From NCBI GenBank assembly GCA_049663345.1, contig JBATDG010000059.1, forward strand, positions 441-64,440: a stretch of DNA of 64,000 bases, given 5' to 3'. The DNA comes from Bacteroidota bacterium (GTDB lineage: Bacteria > Bacteroidota > Ignavibacteria > SZUA-365). Positions 18,994-28,583 of this stretch are shown in pieces; the first letter of the stretch is position 1; each line of letters begins with the position of its first letter. Position numbers and translations under genes: made by a program. Under the pieces are notes generated by a model. That model did no database searches. It saw nothing but the letters and a program-made list of their open reading frames with translations, and was not told the origin of the DNA.

Positions 18994-20511
18994 ATGCCAG
19001 GCGCATACGAACATTTCTTCGACGTGATGGAGGACCTTGGATTCTTCGAGCATATCTATGAAGATCTGCCCGAGGATTTCACTGCCGTGTTCGAAATTGC
19101 CCGCGTACTCGAAGACGAGACCAACGAGCTTGCACAGAAGCTCAGGCCTGTCATGCAGATGACATCTCCCCGCAGAACCGAGCCTCCCCCGGAAGACAAG
19201 CCCGACCTGGAAATCATCATCAACGATCAGGAAGAATACGAGGCGGGGCTGATACGCACTCCGCAGCATCTCCCGCGGATCTACAACCACCAATGGCTGC
19301 TGCCGGAGGAAGTATTTTTCAGCCGCCTGGCCAAAAAGGAGCTATGGGTCCCGTATCCGCGAGAGCCTCAGTACTATTCCGTCGATCCGGACTCCGACAA
19401 TTACCAGCCCGATCACCGCAAGCAGAAGCTGTACCTGCTGCTTGACACATCGAGTTCCATGGCTTTGAAAAATCGCATCAGCCTTGCCAAAGCCGTGGTC
19501 TACTATTTTCTCAAGCACAATCTGAAGGAACTGGGCTTTATCAGCCTGCGCACCTTCGACACAAAAATCGGGGAGCTGCACGAAGCCCGGGATATGGCGA
19601 GTTTCCATGCGTTGATAAGCTATGTCATGCGCCTCCATACTCTCGGAAACGGCACGGCGATGGCCAAAGCCATCCGTCAGGCAGTGGACGATATCAACGC
19701 GCTTCCTCAGCTTTCAGGCACGGAAATTCTCGTCATCACAGATGGAGCCTGCGCACTCAACGAGAGTGAAATCCGCTCCATGTTGGGTGAAAGGATTGTG
19801 ATCAACACAATTAAAATCGGCCGTTCCCAGATCATTGCGTCGAAGAGTTATATCCGCGACAAGATTTTCGAAGAAGACACCGCGCAGCACAAGGTCATAG
19901 AGCGCCTGCAGAAGAAGGAAGGGGAGATGAAGCATCAGCGCGATACTGCGCAGAGTCCCCATCTGCAGCGCCGGTATGAGGACTCCCTTCGCGCTGTGCA
20001 GCAGGAGATCGAAAGGCAGGTGAATGCCATGACCGAGGAAATTATCGTAGGCTACGGTCATGAACTCGAGCGCCTTTCGCATTTGTATTTGCTGGTGGAG
20101 GACGTTGATCTTCCGGGGCTTTTCGATTTCAGGGAGGAGCAATTCGAGGAGGTGCGCGACATCTTTCAGCAGATCGCCAGGGAACTGGATCTCCACTGTT
20201 CTCTCGAACAATTGAGAAAACTGGCTTTGCTGATCGACCATCTCGGCGTGCTTATAAAGAATACCGCTGATCCAGTGCTGCGCAAGCGCTTCGAAGAGCT
20301 TCGCGAAGAGGTGACGAATCGCCTCACATCATGTATTGAAAAGCAGATGGAGAAGGGAGGGGGCTCCCTGCTTAATTCACTGTCGAATGCGGATCGACAC
20401 GATCTGGACTATCTTCTCGCCTCGTCGTCATCAATGCACATCAATCTGTGGCGCGCCTTCATCTGGAAGCTTCTCGCCGGGTTCCGCCGCGTTGTAGGCA
20501 GCAAGCACTGA
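18994..20511 (+). CDS. VWA-domain protein (ViaA-like partner of the AAA+ ATPase)
   Basis: 505 aa. A MIDAS DxSxS motif occurs in KLYLLLDTSSSMA, followed by ...GNGTAM... and ILVITDGA. The C-terminal half is long and helical. It starts 1 nt after the ATPase stop. Confidence 0.7.
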   Translation: MPGAYEHFFDVMEDLGFFEHIYEDLPEDFTAVFEIARVLEDETNELAQKLRPVMQMTSPRRTEPPPEDKPDLEIIINDQEEYEAGLIRTPQHLPRIYNHQWLLPEEVFFSRLAKKELWVPYPREPQYYSVDPDSDNYQPDHRKQKLYLLLDTSSSMALKNRISLAKAVVYYFLKHNLKELGFISLRTFDTKIGELHEARDMASFHALISYVMRLHTLGNGTAMAKAIRQAVDDINALPQLSGTEILVITDGACALNESEIRSMLGERIVINTIKIGRSQIIASKSYIRDKIFEEDTAQHKVIERLQKKEGEMKHQRDTAQSPHLQRRYEDSLRAVQQEIERQVNAMTEEIIVGYGHELERLSHLYLLVEDVDLPGLFDFREEQFEEVRDIFQQIARELDLHCSLEQLRKLALLIDHLGVLIKNTADPVLRKRFEELREEVTNRLTSCIEKQMEKGGGSLLNSLSNADRHDLDYLLASSSSMHINLWRAFIWKLLAGFRRVVGSKH

Positions 20512-20800
20512 AAACCCGCCGCCATTACGACATTTCCTGAGTACACCGGCTCCGAGCGGCATGGAGCACGGGTTCAGACGTCAAGGCTTACCCGGTGCCG
20601 GACCGTTGGCTCGCACGCGATGGGGGAGAACGGATGTTCAGTCTATGCAAAAAAAATCACGAATGGGGAATCACGGACAAAGCAAATGTGTTATGTCGTG
20701 AGAGATGCGGCGAGCTTCCATGGTAGCGAAGATGAACCATTTGATAATTAGAAGGAAAATGATATCTTTAAGGCTGTACATATTTGACTAATTACAGGCC

Positions 20801-21067
20801 GTGAGCCTGACGATGAAAACAAGAAAATCTACCGCTCAATCCGTATCCGAGACACTGCGAGAACTGCTTCCGTACACGAATCTCGGTTGGCAGCTCGCAG
20901 CATCCATCCTCCTCTTTTTTGGGGTCGGATATGGAGCGGACATAATTCTCGGATCAAGCCCCTGGCTCACCGTAATACTTGCTTTCATCGGAGTGGTTTA
21001 CGGTCTTGTTTCGGTGATAAAAACGGCAAACAATCTTCAAAAAAGGAATACAAAAGAAAAGTCATGA
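20801..21067 (+). CDS. AtpZ/AtpI-family small membrane protein
   Basis: 88 aa with two TM helices (LGWQLAASILLFFGVGYGADIIL and WLTVILAFIGVVYGLVSVI), directly upstream of the atp genes. The start is GTG at 20801 or ATG at 20813. Confidence 0.6.
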   Translation: MSLTMKTRKSTAQSVSETLRELLPYTNLGWQLAASILLFFGVGYGADIILGSSPWLTVILAFIGVVYGLVSVIKTANNLQKRNTKEKS

Positions 21068-21480
21068 TGACGTACATGCGGAAACAAATTCTGAAAGTCA
21101 AGATCGAATTCGCTCTTCTTGGCCTGCTTTCCACTCTTTTCATCATTTTTTCAGTTTTGAGGAACGGAGAATATAACTTCGGTCCAGACCTCGTCGCGGG
21201 TTGTATTTTAAGTGTGACGAATGCATTTTTGGGTTATGTCTTTATTGAGCGTTCATTTCGCCTTAACAACAATTTGTTCATGTTGTTTTCCATGGCAGCG
21301 ATGACCGTTCGATTTTTCCTGATGATCGCTGCGGTCGCGGTATTTCTTCTCACCGTTACAGGAAATGTGATGGAATTTGTAGGTTCCTTTATGGCGACCT
21401 ACTCAATCTTCCTCCTCCTGGAGGTCTATCACATCAACAGGAAAACAGACATGCTCAAGCCCCGTCGTGCACGGGCTTAA
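21064..21480 (+). CDS. ATP synthase subunit I-like membrane protein
   Basis: I place the start at the in-frame ATG 21064, which forms an ATGA overlap with the previous stop. The product is 138 aa with 3-4 hydrophobic helices. It occupies the position of atpI in atp operons. Confidence 0.5.
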   Translation: MMTYMRKQILKVKIEFALLGLLSTLFIIFSVLRNGEYNFGPDLVAGCILSVTNAFLGYVFIERSFRLNNNLFMLFSMAAMTVRFFLMIAAVAVFLLTVTGNVMEFVGSFMATYSIFLLLEVYHINRKTDMLKPRRARA

Positions 21481-21513
21481 CTAAATCTGAGTCTCAGGAC
21501 ATCCATCAATAGC

Positions 21514-22569
21514 ATGACAATACTTCGCAGTCTTCAGGGAATGCTTTTCGCGGTGGTCGCAGCCATGGTTCTTACCGTGTCAATCTCCGCCCAGCAGCAT
21601 TCGGTGCAACAAGGAACGCAGCAAGTCGAGCAGTCGGGTAACGCAACCCATGGTTCCGACGCTGCCTCACATGAAGCCGGAAAAGTTGAAGGCCAGCACG
21701 AAGCAGGCGAGCACGCCAAGGGTGGACATGAGCAGGGCGGACACGGAACAGCAAATCTCACTCCTGCAGAAGAAATGATGCGCGTTCTTGAGCACAAGGT
21801 CGAGAACACTACATATATCCACGAATATCCCTTTCCCCAGATAAATCTTCCGCAGAACTGGACAGTCAACATCGCTGGCTTCACATTGAACATGTCGCCG
21901 AACCGGCACCTCGTTTATATGTGGATCTCAATGCTGCTGACGATCGGTCTGCTGTGGATGGCAGCCCGACAGAACCGCACCGGCATCGTGCCTCGCGGTT
22001 TCGGCAACATGATTGAATCCGTGGTTGTTTTCGTACGCGACGAGATCGCCAATCCATTGCTTGGCCGCGACGCTACAAGATATCTGCCGCTGCTTCTGAC
22101 CTTTTTCTTCTTTATCAGCGTGATGAATCTGGTTGGACTCATGCCCTTCGGTGCAGCTTCTTCCGGCAACATCAACATCACTGCCGGCCTGGCGCTGATC
22201 ACTTTCGCATTCATGATTTTTGGAGGCATGCGGGCCAATGGCGCTTTCGGCTTCTGGAAAGGACTGATTCCCCATGGAATTCCATGGCCGATCGGCATTC
22301 TGATGTTTGTGATTGAAATTCTTGGACTCGTAATCAAGCCTTTTGCTCTTGCCATTCGTTTGTTCGCAAACATGCTGTCGGGAGCTCTTGTTATCGGTGC
22401 GTTCTATGCACTCATTTTCGGCATGGATACGCTGCTCGTCGCTCCGATGTCCATCGCATTTCTATTGTTCATGTCGCTGCTGAAAATCTTCATCAGTTTT
22501 CTGCAGGCATACATTTTTACGATGCTTTCGTCGTTTTTTATCGGGATGTCCATTCATCAGGAACATTGA
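21514..22569 (+). CDS. atpB: F0F1 ATP synthase subunit a
   Basis: 351 aa with the conserved C-terminal helices, including LAIRLFANMLSG (essential Arg). The N-terminal extension has a signal-like helix and a His/Gly/Glu-rich stretch. Confidence 0.9.
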   Translation: MTILRSLQGMLFAVVAAMVLTVSISAQQHSVQQGTQQVEQSGNATHGSDAASHEAGKVEGQHEAGEHAKGGHEQGGHGTANLTPAEEMMRVLEHKVENTTYIHEYPFPQINLPQNWTVNIAGFTLNMSPNRHLVYMWISMLLTIGLLWMAARQNRTGIVPRGFGNMIESVVVFVRDEIANPLLGRDATRYLPLLLTFFFFISVMNLVGLMPFGAASSGNINITAGLALITFAFMIFGGMRANGAFGFWKGLIPHGIPWPIGILMFVIEILGLVIKPFALAIRLFANMLSGALVIGAFYALIFGMDTLLVAPMSIAFLLFMSLLKIFISFLQAYIFTMLSSFFIGMSIHQEH

Positions 22570-22644
22570 CCCGGCGACTCAAAGCAGAATTAAACTGAAC
22601 TCGAAAACTACTTTCACATTACTATTCAACTTGGAGGACACTCA

Positions 22645-22866
22645 ATGGAACTTGCATGGTTATCCGCTGGTATCGGTGCCGCTCTCACAGTTATTGGCGC
22701 TGGCTTGGGTATTGGTAAGCTTGCAGCTGCAGCTCTCGAAGCTATCGGTCGTCAGCCCGAAGCCGCAGGCGATCTTCGCGGAGCAATGATTATCATGGCC
22801 GCACTTATCGAAGGTATCGCACTTTTCGCAGTGGTGGTTTGTCTGCTTCTTGCTGTCAAATCCTGA
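22645..22866 (+). CDS. atpE: F0F1 ATP synthase subunit c
   Basis: 73-aa hairpin protein with the GRQPE loop and the carboxylate in MAALIEGIALF. A GGAGGA Shine-Dalgarno site lies upstream. Confidence 0.95.
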   Translation: MELAWLSAGIGAALTVIGAGLGIGKLAAAALEAIGRQPEAAGDLRGAMIIMAALIEGIALFAVVVCLLLAVKS

Positions 22867-22932
22867 CCCGGCGAAGATTTTTTTTGAAACAGCCGACTAT
22901 GACATTGCGCTGGATTTTTACTGAGGTAGTCA

Positions 22933-23427
22933 ATGGATAAACTTCTCGCTCTTGAACCCGGGATGCTGATCTGGACGTTCATCACGTTCACATTGCTCCT
23001 ATGGATATTGAAGAAATTCGCCTGGAAACCGCTTCTTGGTGCGCTCGAAAACCGTGAGACGAAAATTCGCGAGGATATTCAACGTGCGGAAGACGCACGC
23101 GCGGATGCTGAGCGCATGCTTGCCGAGCATCGTAAGCTGCTTCAGAATTCAGAACTGGATGCCAGGAAAATTCTCGATGAGGCGAAGAGTACCGCTGAAG
23201 CTATCAAGCAGGGTATCGTCGAAAGTGCCCATGAACAGGCACGGCTGATGACGGCTCAGGCCAAGGCGGAAATCCAGCGCGAAAAAGATACCGCCCTTTC
23301 ACAGCTGCGGGAGGAAGTCGCCGACCTGGCCATCCGTGCCGCAGGAAAAATCCTGGGCGAAGAACTCGATGCTGACAAGCACCGCAAACTCGTCGATGAT
23401 TTCATCGGCAATCTACCCAGAAACTAA
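22933..23427 (+). CDS. atpF: F0F1 ATP synthase subunit b
   Basis: 164 aa with a single N-terminal TM followed by a long charged coiled coil. Operon position supports the call. Confidence 0.9.
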   Translation: MDKLLALEPGMLIWTFITFTLLLWILKKFAWKPLLGALENRETKIREDIQRAEDARADAERMLAEHRKLLQNSELDARKILDEAKSTAEAIKQGIVESAHEQARLMTAQAKAEIQREKDTALSQLREEVADLAIRAAGKILGEELDADKHRKLVDDFIGNLPRN

Positions 23428-23444
23428 CCGGCAGACCGACGCAC

Positions 23445-23987
23445 ATGAGCATAGCACGCATAGCCCATCGTTTTGCAAAGGCCATTCTCGACGCGGTTCC
23501 TGAAAAAACAGATTCCTCTGACTTTTTCAAAGACCTTCAGGACGTCCAATCGTCAATTCATCAATCACATGAATTGCTTTTGTTTTTTCAATCGCCTGTG
23601 ATTTCCCAGATACAGAAACGCAAGGCGGTGGATGCGCTTTTCTCGGATCGCGTCAGTGCCTACACCCTCGAGGTTCTCCGCTTTCTGGTGGAGAAAGAAC
23701 GTGAAGCATATGTGGTCGAAATCATTGAAGCAGTATTCGAACTGTATCGAGAGCGCGAAGGCATCGTCACAACAACCATAAACAGTGCTGTTGCGATGAC
23801 CACTGATCAGCAGACCACGCTGAATTCCGCTCTGGAACGAATGTCGGGTAAACGCGTCGAAGCCAAATACGGCGTCGATGATGCCCTGCTCGGTGGACTT
23901 ACAGTAAGGCTGGGCGATACGATCTATGACGGCAGCGTCCGTCACCAGCTCAAACGGCTGCGCGACCGTTTCGTCAGCGGAGCGTAA
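23445..23987 (+). CDS. atpH: F0F1 ATP synthase subunit delta (OSCP)
   Basis: 180 aa with an OSCP-like C-terminus (LGGLTVRLGDTIYDGSVRHQLKRL). Operon position supports the call. Confidence 0.9.
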   Translation: MSIARIAHRFAKAILDAVPEKTDSSDFFKDLQDVQSSIHQSHELLLFFQSPVISQIQKRKAVDALFSDRVSAYTLEVLRFLVEKEREAYVVEIIEAVFELYREREGIVTTTINSAVAMTTDQQTTLNSALERMSGKRVEAKYGVDDALLGGLTVRLGDTIYDGSVRHQLKRLRDRFVSGA

Positions 23988-24115
23988 GCAACTCTCACGG
24001 CTTCGCGACATTTTCGTCGGCGGGTCGTAACCAACTCAAGTGGCTTCGCGGCTGTTGCGTCAGCGGAGCGTAAGCAGATCTGAACACTCACAGTTTAGCA
24101 TAAGGCGATAGAGAC

Positions 24116-25681
24116 ATGGCAGAAGTTCGACCCGATGAAGTATCGGCGATACTGAGAAAGCAGCTAAGCGGATTCGACAGCGACATTGATGTCTACGAGG
24201 TAGGCACAGTTCTCCAGGTGGGCGATAACGTTGCCCGCATCTACGGACTGAAAAACTGCCTCGCTGGAGAGCTTATCGAATTTCCGAACGACAGCTTTGG
24301 CATGGCACTGAATCTCGAAGAGGATAATGTCGGCTGCGTACTTTTCGGCGAAGCCAGCGGAGTTAAGGAAGGCGATACCGTCAGACGTACGGGGAAAGTT
24401 GCCTCCATGCCCGTAGGCGAGGCGATGCTTGGACGCGTCATTGATCCCCTCGGCCGCCCCCTTGATGGACGCGGTGTGATTCACACCGAAAAGGTTATGC
24501 CGATCGAACGCAAGGCACTCGGCGTCATTGAGCGTCAACCGGTGAAGGAGCCTTTGCAGACCGGTCTCAAGTCTATCGATTCGATGATTCCTATCGGTCG
24601 CGGGCAGCGTGAGTTGATCATCGGTGACCGTCAGACTGGAAAAACCGCTATTGCGCTTGACGCCATCATCAACCAGAAATTCACACACACCGAAGATTCC
24701 AAGCGGCGTGGTGTTCAGCCCGTGTATTGCATCTATGTTGCGATCGGTCAGAAGGCCTCGACCGTTGCGCAGGTGCATGCAAAGCTTGAGGAATCAGGCG
24801 CGATGGCGTACACAACCATCATCATGGCCGACGCGAACACGCCTGCACCAATGCAGTATATCGCTCCGTATTCGGGCGCCACACTCGGAGAGTTTTTCCG
24901 CGACAGCGGCCGCCACGCACTCGTCATTTATGATGATCTGTCGAAGCAGGCGGTGGCATATCGCGAAGTATCTCTGCTCCTGCGCCGTCCTCCCGGCCGC
25001 GAAGCATATCCCGGCGACGTGTTTTATCTGCATTCACGCTTGCTCGAACGTTCCTCCAAATTGAGCGATGAGCTCGGCGGCGGCAGCCTCACGGCGCTCC
25101 CCATCATCGAAACTCAGGCAGGCGACGTTTCCGCATACATTCCGACAAACGTGATTTCGATTACGGACGGTCAGATCTATCTCGAATCGAGTCTCTTTAA
25201 TGCCGGACAGCGTCCAGCCGTTAACGTCGGCATTTCTGTTTCACGCGTGGGCGGCAATGCTCAGATTAAGGCCATGAAGCAGATCGCGGGTCCGCTTCGT
25301 CTGGATCTCGCACAGTATCGTGAGCTCGAAGCATTCGCAAAGTTCGGTTCGGATCTCGATAAGAGTACCCAGCAGCTCCTGCGTCGCGGTTCGCGCATGC
25401 TCACGTTGCTGAAGCAGGGACAGTACAGCCCCATGCCGATCGAGGAGCAGGTTGCAAGCATTTTTGCAGGCGTCAAGGGCTATCTCGATGAGCTCCCTGA
25501 GGTTGAAATTGCACGTTTTGAGTCGGAATACCTCGAGTTTCTGCGTACGCGGCGTCCGGAAGTGCTCGCTGAAATCGCGGATGAAAAGAAGCTCAGCGAT
25601 GAACTCATGGACAAGATGCACGCTCTGCTGAAGGACTTTCTTGCATCCTTCCAGCTTTCCCTGAAAAAAGACCAGGCATAA
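24116..25681 (+). CDS. atpA: F0F1 ATP synthase subunit alpha
   Basis: 521 aa with Walker A GDRQTGKT and highly conserved alpha-subunit blocks ([27 protein letters not shown]). Confidence 0.97.
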   Translation: MAEVRPDEVSAILRKQLSGFDSDIDVYEVGTVLQVGDNVARIYGLKNCLAGELIEFPNDSFGMALNLEEDNVGCVLFGEASGVKEGDTVRRTGKVASMPVGEAMLGRVIDPLGRPLDGRGVIHTEKVMPIERKALGVIERQPVKEPLQTGLKSIDSMIPIGRGQRELIIGDRQTGKTAIALDAIINQKFTHTEDSKRRGVQPVYCIYVAIGQKASTVAQVHAKLEESGAMAYTTIIMADANTPAPMQYIAPYSGATLGEFFRDSGRHALVIYDDLSKQAVAYREVSLLLRRPPGREAYPGDVFYLHSRLLERSSKLSDELGGGSLTALPIIETQAGDVSAYIPTNVISITDGQIYLESSLFNAGQRPAVNVGISVSRVGGNAQIKAMKQIAGPLRLDLAQYRELEAFAKFGSDLDKSTQQLLRRGSRMLTLLKQGQYSPMPIEEQVASIFAGVKGYLDELPEVEIARFESEYLEFLRTRRPEVLAEIADEKKLSDELMDKMHALLKDFLASFQLSLKKDQA

Positions 25682-25684
25682 TCG

Positions 25685-26578
25685 ATGGCGAACCTCCGCG
25701 ACATACGCAACCGCATCAATGGCGTCCGCAGCACCAGCAAAATCACGCAGGCCATGAAAATGGTAGCAGCGGCGAAATTGCGTCGCGCGCAGGATGCGAT
25801 GATTTCCGCTCGTCCCTACGCCGCAAGCATCAACGGTCTCGTGCGCCACTTGCTGGCGCGCGTGGATCGGAATACGCTGCCGGTCATGGAGCGAAGAGAG
25901 GAAATGGAGCGTGTGCTGATCGTGGTAGTGACAGCCGATCGAGGTCTTTGCGGTGCGTTCAACACCAATATCATTCGCCATGCCACGCAGCGCATTCATG
26001 ATACCTACGGAAAGCAGTTCGAGAAGGGCAATGTCTCTCTCCTCTGCATTGGTCGCCGGGGCTACAACTTTTTCAGTAAGCGCGACTACAAGATCTACAA
26101 TCACCATATCGGACTGATCAACTCAGCAACGCATACCGATGCGTCTTCAATAATGGCTGATGTTCTCGAACAGTACCTGAACGGTGATATCGATCACGTG
26201 GAAATCATCTACAATGAGTTCAAATCGGTTATTCAGCAGAGGATTCGGGCTGATCAGCTGCTGCCTCTTCCTGAAGAGGAGCCCGAGGAGACGCAGGGGA
26301 AGTATCATCAGTTCGTGGATTACATCTACGAGCCTTCTGAAATTGAGCTTATGGAATATTTGATTCCGAAACATCTCAATTTCCAGCTTTTCCGCGTGCT
26401 CATGGAATCGAACGCCGCCGAACAAGGTGCACGCATGACAGCAATGGATGCTGCGACCACCAACGCGAAAGACCTCATACACACGCTGAAGCTGCAGTAC
26501 AACAGCGTGCGCCAGGCAAACATTACGACCGAGATTCTGGAGATCGTCAGCGGAGCGAATGCTCTGAAACAAGACTGA
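25685..26578 (+). CDS. atpG: F0F1 ATP synthase subunit gamma
   Basis: 297 aa with N-terminus MANLRDIRNRINGVRSTSKITQAMKMVAAAKLRRAQ and C-terminus RQANITTEILEIVSGA. Confidence 0.95.
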   Translation: MANLRDIRNRINGVRSTSKITQAMKMVAAAKLRRAQDAMISARPYAASINGLVRHLLARVDRNTLPVMERREEMERVLIVVVTADRGLCGAFNTNIIRHATQRIHDTYGKQFEKGNVSLLCIGRRGYNFFSKRDYKIYNHHIGLINSATHTDASSIMADVLEQYLNGDIDHVEIIYNEFKSVIQQRIRADQLLPLPEEEPEETQGKYHQFVDYIYEPSEIELMEYLIPKHLNFQLFRVLMESNAAEQGARMTAMDAATTNAKDLIHTLKLQYNSVRQANITTEILEIVSGANALKQD

Positions 26579-27366
26579 TGATCCTTATTACCGGCTCCAC
26601 CGATGGCATCGGGAAAGAAACCGCGATGGGACTCGCCCGAAAGGGCGCGCGTGTAATTCTTCACGGGCGAAATGCCGAACGCCTTGAAATCACACTCCAG
26701 GAATTCGCTGCTGAGAATCTGGCTGTCGAAGGCGCCGTTACCGGCGATTTCAGCAGCTTTGCTTCCGTACGCAAGATGAGTGCTGAAATTCGGGAGCGTT
26801 ATCCGGAACTCAACGTGCTCGTGAACAACGCTGGCGTGTATATGAAATCCAGGGCACACACTTCAGACGGTATGGAAATGACCTGGCAGGTTAACTACCT
26901 CTCACCGTCGCTTCTCACGATGGAATTGCTGCCTTTGCTTGAGAAAAACGCACCCTCGCGCATCGTCAATGTCAGCTCGGTTGCACACACACGTGGAAGC
27001 ATTGATTTTCTCAACCTCGATGGACGGCAGTCCTTCGACAGCTACGCTCTGTATGCGCAGTCGAAGCTGGCAAATGTGCTGTTCACCTACGAACTCGCTG
27101 CAATGCTTGAAGGGAAGGGCATAGATGTAAATTGCCTGCATCCGGGCGTCATCGGAACCAAGCTGCTGATGGACGGATTCGGAATAGACGGTGCCCCGAT
27201 CGAGGAAGGAGCCAGGACAAGCATACACCTCGCAATGTCCGAGGACCTGACTGGCGTCAGCGGAAAATACTTCGTAAAGGGACAGCCAACACCTTCTTCT
27301 CCAACGAGTTACGACGTTGAGTTAAGGAAAAAACTCTGGGATGAAACGATGAAAGTTCTCACCTGA
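26578..27366 (+). CDS. SDR-family oxidoreductase
   Basis: 262 aa with the Rossmann motif TGSTDGIGKETA and the catalytic YAQSKLAN (YxxxK). It has a 1-nt overlap with the atpG stop. Confidence 0.85.
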   Translation: MILITGSTDGIGKETAMGLARKGARVILHGRNAERLEITLQEFAAENLAVEGAVTGDFSSFASVRKMSAEIRERYPELNVLVNNAGVYMKSRAHTSDGMEMTWQVNYLSPSLLTMELLPLLEKNAPSRIVNVSSVAHTRGSIDFLNLDGRQSFDSYALYAQSKLANVLFTYELAAMLEGKGIDVNCLHPGVIGTKLLMDGFGIDGAPIEEGARTSIHLAMSEDLTGVSGKYFVKGQPTPSSPTSYDVELRKKLWDETMKVLT

Positions 27367-27378
27367 CCTGCACGCGTT

Positions 27379-28512
27379 CTACTTCTTCGCCTCCAGTTTG
27401 CCCTTCCATTTCTCCCATTTCTCATCCACATAGTCTGAAATTTTATTTCTGTAAACTTCGCGGTCGAAGAGCTCTGCATGTGCCCGGATGTCTGCTGCAT
27501 CGAAATGGGAGCGTTCGAATCGCTGGAGTGCAGCCAGAAGAGCTTCCGTGCTCTGCTCCTGAAAATGGATGCCGCTAAGACCTTCGATTACCGTTTCCAG
27601 CGCACCGCCGCGTCCGTAGGCGATGACGGGCTTCCCGCAGGACATTGCTTCAACCGGTACGATCCCGAAATCCTCCTCACCCGGAAACAGAAGGGCACGG
27701 CAGTTTGCATACGCCAATTCGATCTCCGCATCCGTCAGCCAGCCTTCAAAGCGCACGGTTGGCCCTGCAAGCGCTTCCAACCGGCTGCGTTCGGGTCCGT
27801 CGCCGATGACGCGGAGAGGAAGCCCCGTTCGCGTAGCCGCCATGACAGCGAGGTCCACGCGCTTGTAGGGCACGAGAGCGGAAACTACGAGGAAGCTGCC
27901 ATCGTCAGTAGTGGAGACGGAAAATCGGGACGTCTCCACCGGAGGATAGATGACGTCGGCATCACGGCCGTAAATGCGCTTGATGCGTTCGGCGATATAG
28001 TTCGAGTTGGCGATGAAATGATCGACGCGTGTGGACGAGCGAACGTCCCACCGGCGAGTGCGTGCCGCTACAAGCCGGATAAGTGCCAGCTGCACGCTGC
28101 CGACAGTGTCGCGGTTGAAATACTGATCGAACATATCCCACACATAGCGCATCGGGGTGTGGACATAACTGATATGCATCGTGCCGGAAGGAACCCTTAC
28201 ACCTTTTGCCACAGCGTGTGAAGATGAGAGCACCATGTCGTAGCCAGTGAAATCGAATCGCTCAATGGCCGATGGGAAGAACGGAAGATAATGCCGATAG
28301 CGTTTTTCCACCGCAGGAAAATGCTGGAGAAAACTTGTGTGTATCGAATGCCGGCGAATGGTCTCGCTGACTTTTTCCGGAAAGGCCACGAGTGTGTGAA
28401 TGGGAGCATCGGGATATAATTCACAAAATACTTCGAGACATTTTTCGCCGCCGCGCATGCCGGTCAGCCAATCATGGACAAGTGCGATATTATGCGGGGG
28501 GGGTGCGGGCAT
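27379..28512 (-). CDS. Glycosyltransferase family 4 (GT-B, group 1)
   Basis: 377 aa with the C-terminal motif LLFPGEEDFGIVPVEAMSCGKPVIAYGRGGALETV. Confidence 0.85.
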   Translation of the reverse strand: MPAPPPHNIALVHDWLTGMRGGEKCLEVFCELYPDAPIHTLVAFPEKVSETIRRHSIHTSFLQHFPAVEKRYRHYLPFFPSAIERFDFTGYDMVLSSSHAVAKGVRVPSGTMHISYVHTPMRYVWDMFDQYFNRDTVGSVQLALIRLVAARTRRWDVRSSTRVDHFIANSNYIAERIKRIYGRDADVIYPPVETSRFSVSTTDDGSFLVVSALVPYKRVDLAVMAATRTGLPLRVIGDGPERSRLEALAGPTVRFEGWLTDAEIELAYANCRALLFPGEEDFGIVPVEAMSCGKPVIAYGRGGALETVIEGLSGIHFQEQSTEALLAALQRFERSHFDAADIRAHAELFDREVYRNKISDYVDEKWEKWKGKLEAKK

Positions 28513-28583
28513 TTTGTACTTCGGGAGATTTCACAATACCTTAGAGAACAAAATAGATAAGCTAACACAGAATTCGCAATCCA

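Noticed and set aside
20512-20800. The 290-nt gap upstream of the atp operon, checked for tRNA, SRP RNA, tmRNA or RNase P-like sequence. tgtacatatttg was checked as a Bacteroidota -7 element.
   Set aside because: I could find no cloverleaf, no conserved ncRNA motif and no convincing hairpin by eye. The promoter-like string is one mismatch off TAnnTTTG, so it is too weak to annotate.
21514-21800. His/Gly/Glu-rich N-terminal extension of ATP synthase subunit a as a novel metal-binding domain.
   Set aside because: From memory, comparable His/Glu-rich extensions precede subunit a in many Bacteroidota-type atp operons. I mention it only as a lineage marker.
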